DNA of 64,000 nt from Halarcobacter sp. Lineage in GTDB: Bacteria > Campylobacterota > Campylobacteria > Campylobacterales > Arcobacteraceae. The notes under the pieces were generated by a model, which had not been told where the DNA came from, did no database searches, and worked only from the letters and a program-made list of their open reading frames with translations. The position numbers were made by a program, and so were the translations under genes. Location: positions 96,001 through 160,000 of the forward strand of contig OY781089.1 in assembly GCA_963676565.1 (NCBI GenBank). Direction: 5' to 3'. This document shows, piece after piece, positions 57,271 to 64,000 of this stretch. Numbering within the stretch: position 1 is the first letter of the stretch; each line of letters opens with the position of its first letter.

Positions 57271-58846
57271 GTTGATGAAATTGTAAGATAAACTCCACTT
57301 CAATTCCAGCTTCTGTTTTAATAAAATTAATTGGATATGAGATATTTATTGAATATAACTCATTATTTAATCTATTAATCAATTCAAAAAACTCCAATGG
57401 GTTTTGTATAACAACATTAACTAAATAATTAAAAGTTACAACTTCAGATTTAAAACTTGATTTAAAAGTTACAATTGCATTTTCAGGAAGTAAAATTTTT
57501 ATTTGCTCTGTAACTCTAATAATTGGCATAAACTCATTTTGAATATATATATCTTTATAATCTTTTAATATAGGTTTTTCTTTCTCTTTTAAACCCTCTG
57601 CACTAAGAGTAGCTTCTAAAATAGGTGTTTTATTTTCTTCTTTAAATTCAATTTGTGAAACAACATAAGATTTAAGTAATTCTGGTTGTAAAATTTTGAT
57701 ATAAGTATCTTTATTTAAAAGATTTATATCCATTTTTAGATAGTTTCTTTCAAGGCTTAGTTCATTTAAAACAACATCATAAGGAATTAGTTCTAAAGCT
57801 TTTAAAACTCTTGTTTCAACAAAAGAATTCTTCTCAATATGATCTGGCAGATTAATTGGCTTTAGAGAGGTTGCACTTTCCTCTTTTAGATTCTCTTGTG
57901 TATTTATCTTTGAAACTTGATTAAATAATTCTTTTACAGGTAAAAAGTAGTATCCTATACCTAAAATCAAAACTATCATAATTATCGATATGAAAAAAGT
58001 TTTTAGTGAATTTTTAGGTTTAATTCTAGGCTTTATAAAACTTTTTACACTATGAGAATCCTTTGAAAGCTGGAAAAGCTCTTCATCAACAGAGATAGGA
58101 TGATATGAAAGTTCTATCATAAAATCATCACTCATTTGTTGAATTTGTTCTTCAGAGATAAGTTTTAAATTATAAAGGATAGAAATCTTTTCAATAAATA
58201 CATTTTTAGTAATAGAATAAAACTCTTCAATTGTATTTTTAATAAGCTCATAAATCTCTAAAGCATAAACCTCATCATAAAGCTTTTGACCCATAATCTC
58301 ATTTTCATAAAATTCACTTTGTTTTATCTCTTCAAAAGCTGTAACATCAACTCTTTTATTAAATATAATCTCACCCTTTGAATTTAAAATAAAACAAAAT
58401 GCTTGGTTATTAAATAAAAGAATTACAAGATTGTTATTGCAAGGGTTTTGCTCAATATGTAAATTTAAAATATGGTATGCTGAAAAAATATAATCAATAC
58501 CACATTTTTCAAAGAAATTTTTAGATTCAAATAGTATATTTTTAGATACGGCTATATTATATTCATCATTTAAAGGTGATACTACATAATCTTTTGGTTT
58601 AGGTTGATTCTTTTTTAGAAGTCTTGTTTCATCTTGTAAAAGAAGTGTTGAGATAAAAGTGTTTTCAGTCTCTTCTTGTTGTGCATTTATCTTTGTAGCT
58701 ATATCACGACCTAGGATATCATCTTTTACTACAAAGGTCGAGCTATTAGTTTCAACTATATCATTATTACTTAATTTTTTATAATTTATTTTTAGTTGGG
58801 TTTTATATTTTATAGCATTTATATACAAAGACTCTTTAGCAAACAT
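57263..58846 (-). CDS. Conserved hypothetical bitopic membrane protein
   Basis: 527-aa ORF with one central TM segment, at the end of the miaB operon. Confidence 0.7.
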   Translation of the reverse strand: MFAKESLYINAIKYKTQLKINYKKLSNNDIVETNSSTFVVKDDILGRDIATKINAQQEETENTFISTLLLQDETRLLKKNQPKPKDYVVSPLNDEYNIAVSKNILFESKNFFEKCGIDYIFSAYHILNLHIEQNPCNNNLVILLFNNQAFCFILNSKGEIIFNKRVDVTAFEEIKQSEFYENEIMGQKLYDEVYALEIYELIKNTIEEFYSITKNVFIEKISILYNLKLISEEQIQQMSDDFMIELSYHPISVDEELFQLSKDSHSVKSFIKPRIKPKNSLKTFFISIIMIVLILGIGYYFLPVKELFNQVSKINTQENLKEESATSLKPINLPDHIEKNSFVETRVLKALELIPYDVVLNELSLERNYLKMDINLLNKDTYIKILQPELLKSYVVSQIEFKEENKTPILEATLSAEGLKEKEKPILKDYKDIYIQNEFMPIIRVTEQIKILLPENAIVTFKSSFKSEVVTFNYLVNVVIQNPLEFFELINRLNNELYSINISYPINFIKTEAGIEVEFILQFHQPK

Positions 58847-58859
58847 AAAACTTTTTATC

Positions 58860-59474
58860 CTAATTTATGGCATTAATGAGCATTTTGTTTTTTATAACCT
58901 CTTTAGCTTCTTCATTTTCAAGATCACTAACATCTAAAGGCTCACTTATAAAAAATTCCAATGTACCAAATGGCTTAGGAACAATAAACTTATCCCAAGA
59001 GTTAAACTGCCAATATTTTGTACACTTACAATTAAATATCAATATTTTAGCATTTGTTTTCTTATGAATAGCGACAATTCCATCTGCAACTGAATGTCTA
59101 GGTCCTCTAGGGCCATCAGGAGTAATAGCTATATCATCTCCACCTTTTATCTCTTTAATTGCAGCAATTAGTGCTTTTGCTCCACCTTTTGAGCTTGAAC
59201 CTCTAATTGAATCAATCCCTAAATACTCTACTGTTTTTGTAATTGCTTCACCATCTTTATGCTCACTAATCATAGCACTTACTTTTCCCGATGGTTTTAA
59301 TTTTTGATAGTTAAATGGTTGCATAAGAAGCTCCCCGTGCCAAAAGGCTACGATGAAAGCTTCATTTTTATCTATGTTTGGGTGGTGGTAAACTTTTTTA
59401 CTAGTTAAATAGATTATTCTTACAATAAGTTGCATTATAAAAGGAACAACTTTTGTTACTAAAAAAAGTTTCAT
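58860..59474 (-). CDS. lpxJ: DUF374 lipid A secondary acyltransferase (LpxJ-like)
   Basis: FWHG, SEHKDGE, RGSS, ITPDGPRGP and SWDKF..PKPF motifs. Synteny with miaB as in Helicobacter. Confidence 0.72.
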   Translation of the reverse strand: MKLFLVTKVVPFIMQLIVRIIYLTSKKVYHHPNIDKNEAFIVAFWHGELLMQPFNYQKLKPSGKVSAMISEHKDGEAITKTVEYLGIDSIRGSSSKGGAKALIAAIKEIKGGDDIAITPDGPRGPRHSVADGIVAIHKKTNAKILIFNCKCTKYWQFNSWDKFIVPKPFGTLEFFISEPLDVSDLENEEAKEVIKNKMLINAIN

Positions 59475-60790
59475 TAATTTACCACTTCACCTTTTAAAGC
59501 AGTCCTTGTTGCAGCAGTTACTTTAACATCCACAAGTTTTCCTAGAAGTTCATCACTTCCTTTAACAAAAACTTGACAATAATTATCTGTAAATCCAGCA
59601 ACTTCTCCATTTGGTTTTAAAGTATCAAATAAAACAGTTACTGTTTTTCCAACATTTAAATCCATTAGTTCACTTTGATGCTCTTTATGAAGTTCAATAA
59701 CCTCAATTAATCTTTTACTTCCAATCTCATCAGGAATCTCTAAATCTTTTAATTCTAAAGCTTCAGTATTTGGTCTTGGAGAATATTTGAAATTAAAAAT
59801 CTGGTCAAATTTAACTTCTTTTATAACATCAATAGTATCTTGAAAATCTTCATCAGTTTCCCCAGGGAAAGCTACAATAATATCAGTTGTAATTCTAACA
59901 TCAGGAACCAAACTTCTTATTTTTTTAGCTCTTTTGATAAAACCTTCTTTAGAATATCCTCTTTTCATAGCCTTTAAAATAGATGTTGACCCACTTTGTA
60001 ATGGCATATGAATACATTTTGAGATCTTTGGATTTTTTGCAAACTCTTCAATAAATTCATCATCCATATGTAATGGGTGTGGTGAAGTAAATCTGATTCT
60101 TTCAAGTCCTTCAATTTTTGAAACCTCTTGAAGAAGTTTAGTAAATGAAGTTTTTTCTCTTTTGTCTGAGAATCTTTTCCCATAAGAATTTACATTTTGT
60201 CCTAGTAAAGTAACCTCTTTGGCTCCTTTAGCAACATCTTTTTCTACTTGATCAACAATCATCTCAATTGGAATAGAAATCTCATCACCTCTAGTTGCAG
60301 GAACAATACAGAAAGTACATTTCTTATCACACCCTATAGAGATGTTTACAGAAGTTTTATATAAATTGTGTCCGCTTTGAGCAAATTGGTAAGTTGAATC
60401 ATCATAATCGATATCAATCTCAACTGCACCTTTTTTATCAACAACATCTTTAATTTTTGAAATATTTCTAGCACCTAATACAAAATCAACATAGGGTGCT
60501 CTTTTCATAATATCTTCACCTAAATGTGAAGCTGTACAACCACAAACTCCAATTTTGGCATTCTCTTTTTTCTTTACATTAAATTGCCCTATTTCTGAAA
60601 AAAGTTTAGAAACAGGTTTTTCTCTAACTGAACAAGTATTAATAATAATTAAGTCTGCATCTTCCATTTTGTCAGTTGTAGAGTAATTTTTATGCTCTTT
60701 TAATTCAGCAATAATATGTTGGCTGTCAGTATCGTTCATCTGACAACCAAGTGTTTGTATAAATAGTTTTTTTTCTTCTTGTTTACTCAT
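59474..60790 (-). CDS. miaB: tRNA-2-methylthio-N6-dimethylallyladenosine synthase
   Basis: TLGCQMN, NTCSVRE, GCDKKCTFC, RFTSPHP and a TRAM domain. Confidence 0.96.
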   Translation of the reverse strand: MSKQEEKKLFIQTLGCQMNDTDSQHIIAELKEHKNYSTTDKMEDADLIIINTCSVREKPVSKLFSEIGQFNVKKKENAKIGVCGCTASHLGEDIMKRAPYVDFVLGARNISKIKDVVDKKGAVEIDIDYDDSTYQFAQSGHNLYKTSVNISIGCDKKCTFCIVPATRGDEISIPIEMIVDQVEKDVAKGAKEVTLLGQNVNSYGKRFSDKREKTSFTKLLQEVSKIEGLERIRFTSPHPLHMDDEFIEEFAKNPKISKCIHMPLQSGSTSILKAMKRGYSKEGFIKRAKKIRSLVPDVRITTDIIVAFPGETDEDFQDTIDVIKEVKFDQIFNFKYSPRPNTEALELKDLEIPDEIGSKRLIEVIELHKEHQSELMDLNVGKTVTVLFDTLKPNGEVAGFTDNYCQVFVKGSDELLGKLVDVKVTAATRTALKGEVVN

Positions 60791-60811
60791 TAAGTTTTTT
60801 AATTCCTTATC

Positions 60812-61054
60812 TTATAAAGCATGAACCTCATACATATATTCATCATCAGCAAGTCCATATTTAACTTCTCTAAAATACACATTAAAACCTTCATCTTCCA
60901 AAGAGTCAACAAGCGCCATCATGTCTTTATGAGAATTATCTTTATCAAAATAAAATATTTTTTCACCTAAGTTTTTTAATTCTTCTTTAACTTTGTCTAG
61001 TTGTACTTTTTTTGGCTTTTCACTTAACTCATTTCTTGCAAGTAATAATTCCAT
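60812..61054 (-). CDS. HP0268-family nuclease
   Basis: 80 aa, MELLLAR..FYFDKDNSHKD..REVKYGL..YMYEVH, upstream of miaB. Confidence 0.85.
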   Translation of the reverse strand: MELLLARNELSEKPKKVQLDKVKEELKNLGEKIFYFDKDNSHKDMMALVDSLEDEGFNVYFREVKYGLADDEYMYEVHAL

Positions 61055-61208
61055 CTCAATAAACCCTTATCTTTTTAAATTAGCTAAATAGTTTATCTTA
61101 AAATTGCTTTAATTTCTATAAAAGCTGTTTTTAGATAATATATCATCCTACTCTCACATTGAAAATCAAAACATTACATTTCAATGTTAAAAAAACAGAA
61201 GGTTACTA

Positions 61209-62384
61209 ATGGACAAAATAATAGATATTTTAGACTCTATTGCCTATGAAAAAGGTCTAAAAAACGAAGATGTTGAAACAGCATTAAAAGAATCGTTAAT
61301 TAAAACTGCCGAAAAGATGGTTGATGCAACTCTTAGATATGATGCAGAGATTGATAGAAAAAATAAAAAATTAGAACTATTCCAAAAAATTGAAGTTGTT
61401 GAAAATGGCGACGAAAGATTGCTAGAAGATGGAGTTGATCAATATGATAACATTATCAGTAAAGAAAACTTTATCTCAATTGATGAAGCAAAAGAGATTG
61501 ATGAAAGTTTAGAAATCGGAGACTTTGTAAACTACGATTTAGAATTTGAAAACATGGGAAGAAACGCTGCAACTATTTTGCACAATAACTTCGAATATAG
61601 AGTTCAAAGATTTTTAGAAGAATCACTACTAAGTAAATATAAAAATAAAATTGGAAAAACGATTAGTGGAACTGTAACAAGGGTTGATAGACAAGAAAAC
61701 ACCTTTGTAGAAATTGGTGAAGTTAAAGGTATGCTTCCAAGAAAAAGTAGAATCAAAGGTGAATCTTTTAGAGTTGGAGATACTGTAAAAGCTGTTGTTA
61801 GAGGTGTTAATATCGACAAAACAAATGGTTTAGTTGTTGAGATTTCAAGAACATCTCCAAAATTCTTAGAATCACTTTTAGCTTCTGAAGTTCCAGAATT
61901 AAAAGATGGAATCATCTCAATTGAAGCAAGTGCTAGAATCCCAGGAAGTAGAGCAAAAATTGCCCTTTTATCAACAGATTCAAATGTAGACCCTATTGGT
62001 TCTATTGTTGGGGTAAAAGGTGTTAGAATTGGTGCTGTTTCAAAACAATTAAGTGGTGAAAACATTGATTGTGTTGAATACTCAACAATCCCTGAAATGT
62101 TTATCTCAAGAGCTTTATCTCCTGCAATTATCTCAAGTGTAGTTATTGAAAAATATGCAGAGGGAAATGAAAAAGGTAAGGCAATTGTTACAATTCCAGG
62201 TGATCAAAAATCAAAAGCTATTGGAAAAGCTGGATTAAATATCAGATTAGCTTCAATGCTTACAAAATATGAAATTGAGTTAAAAGAGATTGGCGGAGCT
62301 TCTGTTCAAAGTGGAGATAAAAATAATTCACAAGAACAAGAAAAAGTAACAGATACAGCAAGTTTAGAGGCACTATTTAAATAA
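61209..62384 (+). CDS. nusA: Transcription termination/antitermination factor NusA
   Basis: S1 and KH domains; ARIPGSRAKIA, DPIGSIVGVKG and AIGKAGLNIRLA. Confidence 0.96.
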   Translation: MDKIIDILDSIAYEKGLKNEDVETALKESLIKTAEKMVDATLRYDAEIDRKNKKLELFQKIEVVENGDERLLEDGVDQYDNIISKENFISIDEAKEIDESLEIGDFVNYDLEFENMGRNAATILHNNFEYRVQRFLEESLLSKYKNKIGKTISGTVTRVDRQENTFVEIGEVKGMLPRKSRIKGESFRVGDTVKAVVRGVNIDKTNGLVVEISRTSPKFLESLLASEVPELKDGIISIEASARIPGSRAKIALLSTDSNVDPIGSIVGVKGVRIGAVSKQLSGENIDCVEYSTIPEMFISRALSPAIISSVVIEKYAEGNEKGKAIVTIPGDQKSKAIGKAGLNIRLASMLTKYEIELKEIGGASVQSGDKNNSQEQEKVTDTASLEALFK

Positions 62385-63784
62385 TGAAAATTGAAATCTT
62401 TGATTCAGTAAAAAAAACAAAAGTTCTATTTGAACCAATTAAAAATGATGAAGTAAGAATATATGTTTGTGGACCAACAGTTTATGACGATTCACACTTA
62501 GGACATGCAAGATCTGCGATTGCTTTTGATTTACTCCATAGGGTTTTAAAAGCTAATGGATATAAAGTTATTATGACTAAAAACTTTACTGATATTGATG
62601 ATAAGATTATCAAAAAAATGCACGAAACTAAAAGAAGTTTGGAAGATATTACAAGTCTTTATATCAATGCTTATAAAAGTGATATGGAAACTTTAAATAT
62701 CTTACCAAACTCACTTGAACCAAAGGCAACACAAAATCTTCAAATAATGATTGATATGATTGAAGATTTGATGTCAAAAGATATAGCCTATAAAATCTCA
62801 GATGGTGTTTATTTTGATGTATCAAAAGATAGTGAATATGGTTCTTTATCAAAAAGAGCTAGTGACGAAAACTCAATTGCTAGAGTTGAATCAAACACTG
62901 AAAAAAGAAACCCTAGTGATTTTGCACTTTGGAAATTTGAAAAAGCAGATGATGTAGCCTATGAGTCTCCTTTTGGGAAAGGAAGACCTGGATGGCATAT
63001 TGAATGTTCTGCAATGATTAATAAACATCTAGCTTATAAAGATGAGCCTTTTCAAATAGATATTCATGGTGGCGGTGCTGACCTTCTATTTCCTCACCAT
63101 GAAAATGAAGCTGCTCAAACTAGATGTTCAACAAAATCACACCTTGCAAAATATTGGATGCACAATGGTTTTGTAACAATTGATGGTGAAAAGATGAGTA
63201 AATCTTTAGGGAACTCATTTTTCCTAAAAGATATCTTAAAATCTTATTCAGGTGAGGTTGTTAGATTTTATCTATTAACTGCACAATATAGAGCAAACTT
63301 TAACTTCAATGAAGAGGATTTAATCTCTTCTAAAAAAAGACTTGATAAATTATATAGAGTTAAAAAAAGAGTTTATGGTGGTGGAAAATCTGCTGTAAAC
63401 AAAGAGTTTAAAGAGTCTTTACTAACTGCTTTAAATGATGATTTAAACTCAGCAAAAGCTATCTCAATCATAGATGAGTATATAAATAAAGCCAATGAAA
63501 CACTTGATAAAGAACCAAAAAATAAAGCTTTCAAAAAAGAGCTTGTTGCAACTTTGGAGTTTATTGATGAAGTGATTGGAATTGGTGGAAGTGATGCTTA
63601 CTCTTATTTTCAATTTGGAATTTCAAATGAAGATATCTCTAAAATTGAAGAACTTATTGAAAAAAGAACTGAAGCTAAAAAAGCAAAAGATTTTGAAACA
63701 GCTGATAAAGTTAGGGATGAATTAACAGCACTGGGAATTTCTGTAATGGATACGCCTAATGGTGTTGTTTGGGAAAAACTGTAA
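62384..63784 (+). CDS. cysS: Cysteine-tRNA ligase
   Basis: YVCGPTVYD.SHLGHAR, GRPGWHIECSAM and KMSKS. Confidence 0.97.
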   Translation: MKIEIFDSVKKTKVLFEPIKNDEVRIYVCGPTVYDDSHLGHARSAIAFDLLHRVLKANGYKVIMTKNFTDIDDKIIKKMHETKRSLEDITSLYINAYKSDMETLNILPNSLEPKATQNLQIMIDMIEDLMSKDIAYKISDGVYFDVSKDSEYGSLSKRASDENSIARVESNTEKRNPSDFALWKFEKADDVAYESPFGKGRPGWHIECSAMINKHLAYKDEPFQIDIHGGGADLLFPHHENEAAQTRCSTKSHLAKYWMHNGFVTIDGEKMSKSLGNSFFLKDILKSYSGEVVRFYLLTAQYRANFNFNEEDLISSKKRLDKLYRVKKRVYGGGKSAVNKEFKESLLTALNDDLNSAKAISIIDEYINKANETLDKEPKNKAFKKELVATLEFIDEVIGIGGSDAYSYFQFGISNEDISKIEELIEKRTEAKKAKDFETADKVRDELTALGISVMDTPNGVVWEKL

Positions 63785-63822
63785 AATTAGTTTTTCTCAT
63801 ATCCTTTTATAAGGTATATGTA

Positions 63823-63999
63823 CTATTCACGAGTATATTCATTTGCCATTGTTTCTAATTCTAGTACACGCTTTATGTTTTGTTCCATTGGACAAAAATA
63901 ATACATTGGTGAACCTACATAATTTCCCATCAATTTGCAATGGATATTTCTATATTTGAGCCATGCTATTTGTGAGTTTTCAAATTGCTTTGCATCATC
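63823..63999 (-). CDS. LprI/DUF1311-family protein, C-terminal part (5'-partial; absent from the ORF track)
   Basis: Hand translation: DDAKQFENSQIAWLKYRNIHCKLMGNYVGSPMYYFCPMEQNIKRVLELETMANEYTRE*. Matches the Q.AWL.YR..C...C...R..EL pattern. Confidence 0.7.
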   Translation of the reverse strand, partial: DDAKQFENSQIAWLKYRNIHCKLMGNYVGSPMYYFCPMEQNIKRVLELETMANEYTRE

Positions 64000-64000
64000 T

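Noticed and set aside
61156..61187. ACATTGAAA-N14-TTTCAATGT hairpin in the nusA leader
   Set aside because: AT-rich and weak, with no U-tail on the sense strand. A regulatory role cannot be supported from sequence alone.
1..64000. Mobile elements, tRNA/rRNA genes or island boundary repeats
   Set aside because: No transposase, integrase, structural RNA gene or flanking direct repeat was recognised by eye.

Overview
AT-rich window from a Campylobacterota genome, most likely Arcobacteraceae (inferred from gene content such as HP0268-miaB-lpxJ synteny and mqnE, plus promoter style). The left ~25 kb holds a Pseudomonas ped/exa-like PQQ alcohol-oxidation island. It encodes an aldehyde dehydrogenase with DUF779, a FIST-kinase/OmpR pair, and pqqABCDE including a 24-aa pqqA missing from the ORF track. 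Its single quinoprotein alcohol dehydrogenase has the lanthanide-type WDFDG motif and a lipobox. The island also carries a PedA1A2BC-like transporter, a PqqT-like ABC system, cytochrome c550 and the SBP/SoxYZ-like/metallohydrolase accessory genes. All six metabolic promoters of the island share the architecture GCTA-N7-GCTA-N11-(-10). The same architecture recurs about 20 kb away at 45269-45300, in front of a predicted ~60-nt non-coding transcript with an anti-Shine-Dalgarno loop and its own terminator, a candidate new sRNA of the regulon. The rest of the window is signalling genes (PAS/CHASE/FIST kinases, HD-GYP, MCP) and housekeeping genes (pepA, thiS, bioF, mqnE, miaB, nusA, cysS). All calls come from reading the sequence and recalled family motifs; no database searches were run.
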